From Spirochaetota bacterium (GTDB taxonomy: Bacteria > Spirochaetota > UBA4802 > JAFGDQ01): DNA of 64,000 bases. The translations under genes and the position numbers were made by a program. A model generated the notes under the pieces. That model did no database searches and was not told the origin of the DNA. It saw nothing but the letters and a program-made list of their open reading frames with translations. Shown here in pieces: positions 42,924 through 52,670 of this stretch (within the stretch, counting starts at the first letter, position 1; each line of letters starts with the position of its first letter). Location: positions 229,935-293,934 of the forward strand of contig JAZDKB010000018.1 of the NCBI GenBank assembly GCA_043803405.1, in the 5' to 3' direction.

Positions 42924-43977
42924 TATAGGCGTCTACCCATTCCAGGGGATATTGCCCCCAGCGCTGAACAGCTTTCGAAACGGCAAGCAAAACATCGTCA
43001 CCCACCTGCCAGGGTATTTCCCCGTGATTATCGGAAAGAATAAATCCTCCGCCTGGCGCGGCTTTGGCAATCGCATCTTTAACAGCGTTTTCCACCTGGG
43101 ATTGGGACCAGTGTCGCATTTCTATGGCATTAAGATTGCCGACAATGGCAATTCGGCCCAGGCATGCGGCTTTTATATCCTTTAAATTTTCCTCTGAGCT
43201 TACACCCACAGCAAGGCTTCCTGTCCGGGTTACATCATCCAGTATAGGCAGACAGCGGCCGGATGCAAAATGTATTGCGGCAGGGCCTTTAAAACGTGAT
43301 ATAGTCCGTGCGGCGGATGGAAACCCGTACTTTCTTGATATATCGATAGGGACTATTGAAGTGGACGTAACCGGATCAAAATAGCATATAGCTGCAGCGC
43401 CGGCATCGAACTGTGAATTCGCCCATTCTACGCAAAACTCTTCGTTTATTTGCAGAAGCCTCTCAAGCAGATCGGGGCGTTCATAGATTATATCAATATA
43501 GCGGTCAAAGCCGAGCTGCATAACAGGCAATGAGAAGGGGGACATTACTACGCCGAGAATAGGCGTTTCTGCACCGGCATGTTTCTTCAGCTTTCCTGTG
43601 GCATCCAGCACCATGCGAAGTCCTTTGCAATCCAGGACATGCGGCGCTTCAAGGCGCATAATATCATCAACCCGGCCAATAACGGGTGCACCCGCATTCG
43701 GAGGGCCGTCTTCAGAAAAAATAGTTTCTCCGTTCCATGCCTCTGCTTCCAGAGAGGCGTGGAAAAACGAATATATGCAGTCCGATTTATATTTTGCCAG
43801 AAGACGGAGCTGGCCTTCAACAACATTATCAGCGCTGGAAAAGTATTCCTTAATGGTAATCCCGAGTTCCCTGGCGCCATGCATGGTTGTCAGCAGAAAA
43901 AGCGGCACCCTGCCCGGTTCATGATGGCCGAGCGTTGTAAGAACCCGTTGAAGTGAAGTCATCTCTGCCTGCATCAC
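42913..43977 (-). CDS. URO-D / MtaA-CmuA (methylcobamide methyltransferase) superfamily protein
   Basis: R..TTLGHHEPGRVP, EAEAWNG, SPFS, GNLN, GGGFILS. Confidence 0.85.
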   Translation of the reverse strand: MMQAEMTSLQRVLTTLGHHEPGRVPLFLLTTMHGARELGITIKEYFSSADNVVEGQLRLLAKYKSDCIYSFFHASLEAEAWNGETIFSEDGPPNAGAPVIGRVDDIMRLEAPHVLDCKGLRMVLDATGKLKKHAGAETPILGVVMSPFSLPVMQLGFDRYIDIIYERPDLLERLLQINEEFCVEWANSQFDAGAAAICYFDPVTSTSIVPIDISRKYGFPSAARTISRFKGPAAIHFASGRCLPILDDVTRTGSLAVGVSSEENLKDIKAACLGRIAIVGNLNAIEMRHWSQSQVENAVKDAIAKAAPGGGFILSDNHGEIPWQVGDDVLLAVSKAVQRWGQYPLEWVDAYNGK

Positions 43978-44619
43978 TCAAGCCTCCTGTATTAAACGCC
44001 GTACTGTATCAGCTGCTCCGGCTGCGGTATTTGAGGTTGCATCTGCCCCGACCTCGCTCCATAACTGCTTATCAAGCCGGAATGGCGCTCCGCCGACAAC
44101 AAGTTTTACCTTGCACCCGGAATCATTCAGCCTGGTTCGCAGATCCTTTACGTGAAGGGCGGAGTTCAGCATAAGCACGGATACGAGCATTATAGTGATG
44201 CCGTCAGCTTTTATTTTTTCTGCCAGGGCGTCCGTATCCTGCCTGCCATAATTCAACAGCTTAAATCCGCTTGAATGCAATACGGAATAAACAAGACGTG
44301 TGCCGAGCAAATGATAGTCTCCGAGAGCTGCGATAGCCATACTCGGTTTGACGGTCGTTTCCGTATCGGAGAAAGGCAGAATGGCATCAATCAATTCCTC
44401 ACACAGCCGGCCGCTCATATAAACCTGGGACAGCGAGATACGGCCTTCCTCCCAGCCGCTGCCAATGCGTTCAAGAGTCGGTACAATTACTGCTTCTATT
44501 TCCTGAATCGGAAGAGGGTTCCCGTCCCGGCCTGTCATAAGTCTTTTAAACTCAATCCTGTCCAGGGATAAAAGAGCCTGCTCAAGCCGGTTAATGCTTT
44601 CCTCAGTTGCCTGAATCAT
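43978..44619 (-). CDS. Cobalamin-binding corrinoid protein
   Basis: Cap IGSGWEEG..SLSQVY, DYHLLG (DxHxxG), SVLM, VGGAPF. Confidence 0.9.
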   Translation of the reverse strand: MIQATEESINRLEQALLSLDRIEFKRLMTGRDGNPLPIQEIEAVIVPTLERIGSGWEEGRISLSQVYMSGRLCEELIDAILPFSDTETTVKPSMAIAALGDYHLLGTRLVYSVLHSSGFKLLNYGRQDTDALAEKIKADGITIMLVSVLMLNSALHVKDLRTRLNDSGCKVKLVVGGAPFRLDKQLWSEVGADATSNTAAGAADTVRRLIQEA

Positions 44620-44719
44620 TTTTACTGTCCTGTTAAGTGAATTACCAGTATGACTTCAGCAAATAGCTATGGAAAGAAAACTTATGTATTGCACTGTCAA
44701 TTTTGAGATTACTTCTAAT

Positions 44720-44748
44720 ATTATAAAGTCAGAAAGGCATTGTGTCAA
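44720..44748 (-). promoter_or_regulatory. Consensus sigma70 promoter for the corrinoid operon
   Basis: Minus strand TTGACA (44748-44743)-17 bp-TATAAT (44725-44720). Confidence 0.8.
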
Positions 44749-44809
44749 ATAAATTACACCTGCAGCATCAAGCGGATAGCAGTATGCAAATTTCCCAGTC
44801 AAAAAAATC

Positions 44810-44838
44810 TTGCAATTTTATATCCTGTAAAATATATT
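44810..44838 (+). promoter_or_regulatory. Candidate divergent promoter for the MEDS-PAS operon
   Basis: TTGCAA-17-TATATT. Confidence 0.5.
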
Positions 44839-44895
44839 TATGCTTACATCTGAAATTAAATAAATCTTTCCTTAAATACCGGCCTGAGAATTGCA

Positions 44896-46776
44896 ATGAC
44901 AAACAAGATTAGGCGCACAGGAATAGAACTTATAGGCGATGCTCCCTGGGGCACGCACTTTTGCCAGTTCTATAATACAAAACAGGATCTGATAGATATT
45001 CTTGTCCCGTATTTCCGGCAGGGACTTGCGGATAACGAGTTCTGCATGTGGATCACGTCCGAGCCGCTGTCTGCCGCGGAAGCAAAAACCGCTCTGCGGG
45101 AAGCAGTGCCGCAGCTTGACGAGTACATCCGCGATGACAGGATAGAAATACTCAATTACACCGAATGGTATACAAAGAGCGGCAGTTTCAACGCGGACGA
45201 TGTGCTGCAGGGATGGGTGGATAAGCTGGAGGACGCGTTAAAGCGCGGGTACGAAGGCCTGCGCCTGACCGGCAACACGTTCTGGCTTGAAGACGCGGAC
45301 TGGGCAGGGTTTACTGCTTACGAAGAGGCAGTGAACAAGGTGATCGGGAGCTACAATATGCTTGCAGTTTGCACCTACAGCCTTGAAAAATGCGGCGCGC
45401 CCGAGATAATGGACGTTATGAGCAATCATAAGTTCGCCCTCGTAAAGCGCGGCAACAGCTGGCAAATGATAGACAACTGTGAAAGGCAAATGGCCGAGGC
45501 GGCTTTCGCTGAAAGTGAGCAGAGATATTCATCAATATTCAAAAACGCCCCATTCGCCATGTCTTTGTCAAAAATACCCCGGAACACCATCGCAGAAGTA
45601 AACAACGCATTCCTGCAACTTTTCGAATTCTCAAGGGAAGAAGTGATTGGAAAAACAAGCGTTGAACTCGGTATAGCGGACCCGGATTCGCGGGCAAAAG
45701 TCGGTGAAATACTGAGAGAGAAAGGATTTGTGCGCGATGTCGAGGTTGCACGCAGAACAAAAACAGGCAGGGAGATTTTTCTGTCCCTGAATGTTGACTG
45801 GGTAGAATTCAGCGGCGAACGATTTCTGCTGACCACTATACGCGACATTACGGAGAGAAAAAGAGTTGAAACTATGCTGCTTGCAAAAGAGGAAGAGCTA
45901 CAGTTAGTGGCAGACTTCACCCCCATGGTGCTCACCCGTTTAAACAGGGACATGCGATATATTTTTGCGAATCAGTCCTGCTGCCGCCTTTTAAACCGGC
46001 CTTTAAATGAGATACTGGGCAAAAGCGCACCGGAAATAATGGGAGATCAGGCATTCGAATCTATCCGTCCTTATATCGACAGGGTGCTGCTTGGTGAAAC
46101 AGTAGTATACGAAATGGAAATCCCCTACCGTGATGCCGGAAAACGGTTTATGCATGTCACATATATACCGGATAAAAACAGCCATGGTGAGGTAGTTGGA
46201 TGGTTCGCGTCTGTTCTTGATATCACCGACAGAAAACAAACCGAGCTAGCGTTTCGCGAGAGCGAAGCGAAATTGTCCCGGGTTCTTAAAAGCATTCAGG
46301 ACGACTTTTACGTGCTTGACCGGGACTGGAGATTCGTTTTCACAAGCAGGAGTTTTACAGCGAAAATTGGAAAAGAGCCGAAAGATTTTATTGGAAAAAA
46401 TATTTGGGAGATGTTCCCGAAACACATTGGAACAGCCCTTGAAGAGAATTTCCGCGCTTCAATGGAAAAGGGTGAAATACGGCGCTTCGAAACCGGAGGC
46501 AAATATACAAGTGCATGGTACAGCATGTCTTCGTTTCCTTCGCCTGAAGGGATAACGGTTCTTGGAAGGGATATTAGCCTGCGAAAGAAAGCAGAGCAGG
46601 CATTGCAGGAAAGCAGCGAGGAAATCGAACGGTTCAACCGGCTGATGATAGGCAGGGAATCGCGCATGATAGAGCTGAAAGAAGAGGTAAACGAGCTTTG
46701 CAAACGCATGGGACTCGGCCAGCGCTACCCGCTTGAATTCGAGAAGCTAGAAGGAAAAAAGCTTAATAAGCAATGA
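44896..46776 (+). CDS. MEDS domain + three PAS domains, C-terminal coiled coil, no recognisable output domain
   Basis: GDAPWGTHFCQFY, GLRLTGN, YEEAVN, CTYSL; DITERK-type PAC ends. Confidence 0.85.
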   Translation: MTNKIRRTGIELIGDAPWGTHFCQFYNTKQDLIDILVPYFRQGLADNEFCMWITSEPLSAAEAKTALREAVPQLDEYIRDDRIEILNYTEWYTKSGSFNADDVLQGWVDKLEDALKRGYEGLRLTGNTFWLEDADWAGFTAYEEAVNKVIGSYNMLAVCTYSLEKCGAPEIMDVMSNHKFALVKRGNSWQMIDNCERQMAEAAFAESEQRYSSIFKNAPFAMSLSKIPRNTIAEVNNAFLQLFEFSREEVIGKTSVELGIADPDSRAKVGEILREKGFVRDVEVARRTKTGREIFLSLNVDWVEFSGERFLLTTIRDITERKRVETMLLAKEEELQLVADFTPMVLTRLNRDMRYIFANQSCCRLLNRPLNEILGKSAPEIMGDQAFESIRPYIDRVLLGETVVYEMEIPYRDAGKRFMHVTYIPDKNSHGEVVGWFASVLDITDRKQTELAFRESEAKLSRVLKSIQDDFYVLDRDWRFVFTSRSFTAKIGKEPKDFIGKNIWEMFPKHIGTALEENFRASMEKGEIRRFETGGKYTSAWYSMSSFPSPEGITVLGRDISLRKKAEQALQESSEEIERFNRLMIGRESRMIELKEEVNELCKRMGLGQRYPLEFEKLEGKKLNKQ

Positions 46777-47786
46777 AAAAAATAAGTAAGATATTAATAA
46801 TTACTCCTGCGGCTGTTGCCATAGTCCTTATTGCCGTTTTTATATTACAGCCTTTTTTTGCAGGGAATTTCTTTCGTTCCATGCCGCTCAGAATTGCCCT
46901 TCCCCGTCACGAGTCCGCTCTTGTATTATGGGTTGCAAAAGATATATGTTTTTTCAAAGAAAACGGGCTTAATGTGACCTTTACTGAGCCCGATACAGGG
47001 GCAGCTGCCCTGGAAGAATTGCAAAACAAGAAAGCTGATATGGCAGGGACAAGCGAGTTGCCTTTTGTCAGTAAAATATTAGCGAAAGAAGATGTACGAG
47101 TGCTGACATACTTTGGTAAAGCGGATTACATGTTCATCATTGCCAGGAAAGACCGGCGCATTGAAAAAATAGCTGATCTAAGAGGAAAAAAGATCGGCAT
47201 TATCACCGGCACTATCCACGTTTTTTATCTTTCCAGGCTGCTTGGCCTTAACGGCATGAAAATGGAGGATATTAAAATTATAAACACCAAGACCTCGATG
47301 GAAATAGTAACAGCAATTATTGAAGGGAAAGCAGATGCAGTGGTCACTGCTGAACCGTTTTTCAGCAAGGCAAAAAATACACTGGGCGCAAAAGCAGTGT
47401 ATTGGCCTGCGCAAAGTTCCCAGAATCTGTTCGGGCTATTGGTATCTTCAGGGAAATGGATAAAAGAACATCCCCGGCAGGTTGTTGGATTAATTAAATC
47501 ACTGGCGCAGGCCGAGGATTACATTATGAATAATCCCGCAGGAGCAAAAGCAATTTTTCAGGAACGGCTGAAAGTTGATAATGAATTTACACTGGCTGCA
47601 TGGAAACGAAATCAATTCTCTATCGGCCTTGACCAGTCACTTATAGCAGCCATGGAAGACGAAGCGCGCTGGATGATAAAAAATAAATTAACAAGTGCAG
47701 GGAGTGTTCCGGATTTTTATAAATTTATTTATACGGACGCCCTGAAATCAGTTAAGCCCGGTTCAGTAAATATTTTAGGATATTGA
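46773..47786 (+). CDS. NMT1/SsuA-like substrate-binding protein
   Basis: FFKENGLNV, DLRGKKIG, DAVVTAEPF, AMEDEARW. Confidence 0.8.
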   Translation: MKKISKILIITPAAVAIVLIAVFILQPFFAGNFFRSMPLRIALPRHESALVLWVAKDICFFKENGLNVTFTEPDTGAAALEELQNKKADMAGTSELPFVSKILAKEDVRVLTYFGKADYMFIIARKDRRIEKIADLRGKKIGIITGTIHVFYLSRLLGLNGMKMEDIKIINTKTSMEIVTAIIEGKADAVVTAEPFFSKAKNTLGAKAVYWPAQSSQNLFGLLVSSGKWIKEHPRQVVGLIKSLAQAEDYIMNNPAGAKAIFQERLKVDNEFTLAAWKRNQFSIGLDQSLIAAMEDEARWMIKNKLTSAGSVPDFYKFIYTDALKSVKPGSVNILGY

Positions 47787-47790
47787 AAAT

Positions 47791-50223
47791 ATGCTGCTGA
47801 AAACTCGTTATACATTAACCATGCTGGTATTTGGGTGCCTGATTCTCGGTGCAGGCATTGCCGTTATGACAACAAATACCAGGTCAAATAAAATACGGGA
47901 ACAGGCGGAGACAGGTGCTCTCATCGCACTCAGGGCAAGCGAGCTGAATTATCTGTCCGGCAATTACATGATATTCAGGGAAAGCCTGCAGCTTGAAAAG
48001 TGGAATGCAGGGTACAGCAAATTTAAAGCGACGCTGAATGCACTGGAACCGGAATCGGAAAGTGAAAAAATACTGGTAAATAATATACAGTCCAACAGCC
48101 GGAAGCTCAATGAAATATTCCTGGAAACAGTTGCCAATATTGCAGGGGCACAATCTCTTCGTGCAGCGATGCAGACCTCATGGAGCCGCGTGTCAGTACA
48201 GACCCTTAGCATTGTGTCGGATTCCACAAGTTTATTAAATTTATTGAATGAGAAGTCATCCGGCATAGCCTTTATCAAGACTGTTTATTTGCTGGTTTTT
48301 TTCGGATTAATTTGCCTGTTTTTTATCTATAATTATTCCATCTCTTTACGCCGTGTAATAAAATCAATAGATCTGCTCAGATCTGGCGCAAAGGCGATAG
48401 GATCGGGAGATCTCAATCACAGGATAAAAGGAATAAAGGATGATGAGACTGGCGAACTGGCTGCTTCGTTCAATAAAATGGCAACTGACCTGAAAGCAAT
48501 TACAATATCGAAATCAGTGCTTGAAAAAGTAATAGCAGGACGCAGGCGGGTTGAAAGAGAGCTGAGGGCAACCGAGGAACGGATACAGCCTTTATATGAT
48601 TCAATGACAGAGGGAGTTTGTCTGCACGATATCCTTTATGAAGACGGAAAAGCTGTTGACTACATAATCACGGATTGCAATATTTCATTCGAGAAGATAA
48701 CCGGGTTGTTACGCGAACATTCAATAGGTAAAAGGGCATCCGAGCTGTACGGTACAGGGAATCCCCCATATCTCGATATTTATTCCAGTGTCGCATCTGA
48801 AGGCGTGCCTGTTCATTTCGAAACTTATTTTCCTCCAATGGAAAAGCATTTGAATATCTCCGTGTTTTCCCCTGAAAAGGGAAAATTCGTTACAGTATTC
48901 ACGGATATCACTGAACGCAAGAAGGCTGAGGAAGAAGCAAGGAAAGCGAACGACGAGATTAAACAGCATGCGGCTGAACTCGCCATGGCAAACAAGGCGC
49001 TGACGGAATCGCGGCGTGCTGCCCTAAACATTATGGAGGATGTGGTATATGCAAAGGACGAGCTTCAGAAGCTGAACGAAACACTTGAAGAGCGTGTAAA
49101 AGAGCGCACGGCGCTTGCCGAATCCAGGGCAAAACAACTGCAGGCACTGGCAGTTGAGCTTATCGAAGCAGAGGAGCAGGAAAGGCGCCGCGTTGCGGAT
49201 ATTTTGCACGAAGACCTGCAGCAGATACTCGCGGCCGCGCGAATGCACCTCGATTCAGTAATACGCAACAGCGAGCCGCATCCGAATCTTGAAAAAGTAG
49301 GACAGCTTCTTGAGGAATCCATAGGAAAATCGCGCAGGCTCTCGCATGAACTCAGCCCCGCTGTGCTTCACCATTCGAACATGAAAACAGTGCTCGAATG
49401 GCTGGCAAGGCAAATGGAAGAACAGTTCGGACTGGAAATAATGCTTGAAATCGAAGACGGGGAGCCGTTTAATAATATGCCGTTAAAGGTTTTCCTGTTC
49501 AGGTCTGCGCAGGAACTTTTATTCAATATCAGCAAACACTCGGGCGTGAAAAACGCGCGCGTTGCGGTAAAAAAATTCGATAATAAAATATCGGTCACAG
49601 TAAGCGACGAAGGGAAGGGATTCGATATGCACATACTGGATCCGACAGCAAGGCCGAAGGGTTACGGCCTTATGAGCCTGCGCGAGCGGGCAAGTTATAT
49701 AGGAGGAAGTCTTATGATAGAAAGCACACCGGGCCAGGGCAGCACTTTTACACTGATTGTCCCGTTAAATCTGGAAAAAAATAGTGAGCTGGATTATACA
49801 AACGATAAAGAAACAGCGGAATCACCGGGAGGAAAACCCGTGCCTGTAAAGGAAATATTAACCGTGCTTTTCGCGGACGATCATCAGGTGATACGCCAGG
49901 GACTCATCAGTCTTATTGACGGGCAGCCGGACGTTGCAGTGGTAGGCGAAGCCTGCAATGGGGAGGAGGCGCTCGAATGCGTGCGGAAAATGCATCCGAA
50001 TGTTGTGGTAATGGACGTGTCCATGCCTGTAATGAACGGCATAGAAGCAACGCGCCGCATTAAGGAAGAGTTCCCGGACGTGCGCGTAATAGGGCTTTCA
50101 ATGTACGTTGAAGACGAATTCGCTGTATCTATGAAAAAAGCGGGAGCTGAGTCTTTCCTCAGCAAAACAGCTTCGGCGGCAGAGCTGCTCAAGGCTATTT
50201 ACGGGATGCGCGGCGTTCAGTAA
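47791..50223 (+). CDS. Hybrid histidine kinase (TM-HAMP-PAS-HisKA_3-HATPase-REC)
   Basis: ERRRVADILHEDLQQ, QELLFNISKH, DEGKGFD, GYGL; REC ADDH..MDVSMP..SK. Confidence 0.92.
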   Translation: MLLKTRYTLTMLVFGCLILGAGIAVMTTNTRSNKIREQAETGALIALRASELNYLSGNYMIFRESLQLEKWNAGYSKFKATLNALEPESESEKILVNNIQSNSRKLNEIFLETVANIAGAQSLRAAMQTSWSRVSVQTLSIVSDSTSLLNLLNEKSSGIAFIKTVYLLVFFGLICLFFIYNYSISLRRVIKSIDLLRSGAKAIGSGDLNHRIKGIKDDETGELAASFNKMATDLKAITISKSVLEKVIAGRRRVERELRATEERIQPLYDSMTEGVCLHDILYEDGKAVDYIITDCNISFEKITGLLREHSIGKRASELYGTGNPPYLDIYSSVASEGVPVHFETYFPPMEKHLNISVFSPEKGKFVTVFTDITERKKAEEEARKANDEIKQHAAELAMANKALTESRRAALNIMEDVVYAKDELQKLNETLEERVKERTALAESRAKQLQALAVELIEAEEQERRRVADILHEDLQQILAAARMHLDSVIRNSEPHPNLEKVGQLLEESIGKSRRLSHELSPAVLHHSNMKTVLEWLARQMEEQFGLEIMLEIEDGEPFNNMPLKVFLFRSAQELLFNISKHSGVKNARVAVKKFDNKISVTVSDEGKGFDMHILDPTARPKGYGLMSLRERASYIGGSLMIESTPGQGSTFTLIVPLNLEKNSELDYTNDKETAESPGGKPVPVKEILTVLFADDHQVIRQGLISLIDGQPDVAVVGEACNGEEALECVRKMHPNVVVMDVSMPVMNGIEATRRIKEEFPDVRVIGLSMYVEDEFAVSMKKAGAESFLSKTASAAELLKAIYGMRGVQ

Positions 50224-50320
50224 ACGAGCCGGAAAAAAATCAATACTTTTGCGGAGGCTGTTTCGCACGTGGGAAGATTATTTGATATTTATTCTGTGAA
50301 CAAGGCCGCAGGAAACAGGA

Positions 50321-50902
50321 TCAGGCAGACCGCTCCTTCACACCGACAATTAAAAAATGCTTTTTTAATTCATTATAAACAACTATATCTTTAAATCCGG
50401 CTTTTACCATTTGTTCCTTAACATTTTCCGGCAAACATCTTATTCTTACAGGAGGCCCTTCAGGCATATCTTCCTTTTTCCAATCAACAATAAAGATTTT
50501 TCCGCCAGGTTTCAAAATTCTACAGGCTTCTCCAAGTGACAAAGACGGGTTATCTAATTCATGATGCAGGTTAATCATAAACACCAGGTCGGCAATTTCA
50601 TCATCAAGCGGCACGGTATGTTCTTCTGTCTTTACCGGAATAATCCCGGGATACTTTGAAGACACATTTTCCTTGATCCAGTTGATCATTACTTCTGATA
50701 TGTCACAGGCATATACTATCGAAGGTCCGAATTTTTGAAAAAACGCAACACTAAAAAATGCTGTTCCTGCGCCTATTTCAACAAAAACGCCGGGTTTTTC
50801 TATATGTAATTTTTCCCAGATATAATCAGGAGGAATATCCGTCAATCTCCGGGGATCATTCAATTTCTGTAACTTTTGGGGATCAAATTTTTTTTCATTC
50901 AT
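50321..50902 (-). CDS. Class I SAM-dependent methyltransferase
   Basis: VEIGAGTAFF, RILKPGG, GPP. Confidence 0.85.
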   Translation of the reverse strand: MNEKKFDPQKLQKLNDPRRLTDIPPDYIWEKLHIEKPGVFVEIGAGTAFFSVAFFQKFGPSIVYACDISEVMINWIKENVSSKYPGIIPVKTEEHTVPLDDEIADLVFMINLHHELDNPSLSLGEACRILKPGGKIFIVDWKKEDMPEGPPVRIRCLPENVKEQMVKAGFKDIVVYNELKKHFLIVGVKERSA

Positions 50903-51000
50903 TCACTGAAAGACCTTTTTTAATTTTTAAATCCAAAGACGGGTACCAGCACCATTATAGAAAATAAATTAAGCACACGACCGGTTTCCGGCCACTATTT

Positions 51001-51810
51001 TCACCACAGAAAAGCGACAGCTTTTTTGCCCATAATATAATCATTAAATATAAGTGCAGCCTGTTTATTTGCAATGCCCTGACATACCTGAAGCGGCATT
51101 AAATGCTCTTCACGAGGATGACAATAACGCGCGAAAGGCGCTGCCTGCCACTCAATCAAACGCTTTTCCCGCTCAGACTGAGATATTGAAGTTGTACATA
51201 GTTCGATTAACCAACTCTGGAATTCATCATTGGCTGGATCGGTCGTATTAGTTCCATCCCAGGAAAATGCATTCAGGTTATGGAACGAAAATCCGGAACC
51301 GATTATCAGGATGTTTTCATGCATCAATTCGCGTAGTCCTTTACCAAGATCAATGTGCATGGCCGGATTGAGTCCTTTTATTAATGAAAGCTGAAGCGAT
51401 GGGATGTCGGCCTGGGGATACATCAATTTTAACGGTATATATAACCCATGATCAAATCCCCGCTTAGTGTCAATGCGGGCGGATACATTATCCTTTTTTA
51501 ATAATTCAACAATTTTCTTTGCTAACCCGGGGCTTCCGGGGGCAGGGTAAACTATTTCATAAGCTTCATCGGGAAAACCATAATAATCGTAGAGCATGGA
51601 AGGTGCCTGTGAGCCTAATACTGTTGCGATGCTTTCTTCCCAGTGAGCGCTTATAATAAGTATTGCATCCGGTTTTTTTAATTGTGAAGGAAGCAGTTGC
51701 ATAAAATCCACCATTGCTTTATGGCCCGGGTCCCCCAGAATCGGCAATGGCCCTCCGCCATGTGAAAAATATACAACTTGTGCGTTATTATTATTTTGTT
51801 GCAAAGACAT
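51001..51810 (-). CDS. LigB-like / 4,5-DOPA extradiol dioxygenase (YgiD family)
   Basis: SHGGGP, SAHWE, RGFDHG, GSGFSFHN, HPREEHLMP; AGGAGA SD before ATG 51810. Confidence 0.9.
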   Translation of the reverse strand: MSLQQNNNNAQVVYFSHGGGPLPILGDPGHKAMVDFMQLLPSQLKKPDAILIISAHWEESIATVLGSQAPSMLYDYYGFPDEAYEIVYPAPGSPGLAKKIVELLKKDNVSARIDTKRGFDHGLYIPLKLMYPQADIPSLQLSLIKGLNPAMHIDLGKGLRELMHENILIIGSGFSFHNLNAFSWDGTNTTDPANDEFQSWLIELCTTSISQSEREKRLIEWQAAPFARYCHPREEHLMPLQVCQGIANKQAALIFNDYIMGKKAVAFLW

Positions 51811-52426
51811 AAGCTCTCCTGCTTTCATATTCCACTTTATTGTATGGCTCTCGCTCGATTATCTCGATCTTTGCAAATCCAGCCCTCGTTAAAGATCTAT
51901 TAATAAAATCAGAATTGAAAAATGAAAAATTAATATCTGCTTTCTTTCCTAGAAACTCTTTAATATGAATTGTCTCATTTCCAATATGATATGTAAACAG
52001 AAATCTTCCTCTTAACTGCAATACCCGAAATATTTCACTAAAAAAAATTTCTACCTGTTCTTTTGAAAAATGAACAATCGCATAAAATGCAACAATTGCG
52101 GCTATCGAATTATTTTCAAAATCAAGTTCGAGAATATTCCCTTTTCTGAAATTGATATTTGGATAATTTAATTTTGCCTGTTCTATTATCTTCTCAGAAA
52201 TATCAAGACCTGAGATTTTGATCCCAAGGTCATTCAAATATTTCGTGGTTTGCCCCGGCCCGCAACCTAAATCCCAAACTGGTGTCGTTGTTCTTATCTC
52301 AGTTGCAAATCTATGCAATATTTCCTGATCCTTTGGTTTTTTATCATGCTCTCCCAAAAAGGAATCCGAATATTCTTTTGCTATTAAATTATAGGTCTGT
52401 TCTATTTTCTTGATATCTTGAAACAT
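51791..52426 (-). CDS. Class I SAM-dependent methyltransferase
   Basis: DLGCGPG, GLDIS, YAIVH, EYESRRAY. Confidence 0.88.
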   Translation of the reverse strand: MFQDIKKIEQTYNLIAKEYSDSFLGEHDKKPKDQEILHRFATEIRTTTPVWDLGCGPGQTTKYLNDLGIKISGLDISEKIIEQAKLNYPNINFRKGNILELDFENNSIAAIVAFYAIVHFSKEQVEIFFSEIFRVLQLRGRFLFTYHIGNETIHIKEFLGKKADINFSFFNSDFINRSLTRAGFAKIEIIEREPYNKVEYESRRAYVFATK

Positions 52427-52465
52427 GTAATTTACTTAACTTGGCTCTTTAATTCTGAGAGTATC

Positions 52466-52580
52466 GATAAAATGATCAGATTATAATCAATTTTCCGCCT
52501 CAAATACCCCATCCATGGACTCTTCGGCGGCGGCAACATCCGTGTTGCCTTAAAATCGATTAAAATCTGATCATTTTATC
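52466..52580. repeat. MITE-like element with 29-bp imperfect terminal inverted repeats enclosing dispersed repeat copy 2
   Basis: GATAAAATGATCAGATTATAATCAATTTT ... AAAATCGATTAAAATCTGATCATTTTATC (2 mismatches). Confidence 0.75.
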
Positions 52581-52670
52581 TGTTCGTCTATGCAATTTTG
52601 CTTAAAAAGTTAGTCAACCTGAAAATTTTTTTAAACCCAACACCGCAAATAACCTGAAGCCGGAAGCTGA

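Noticed and set aside
44620..44715. Cobalamin riboswitch in the corrinoid operon leader
   Set aside because: Leader is only about 95 nt, AT-rich, with no B12-box motif.
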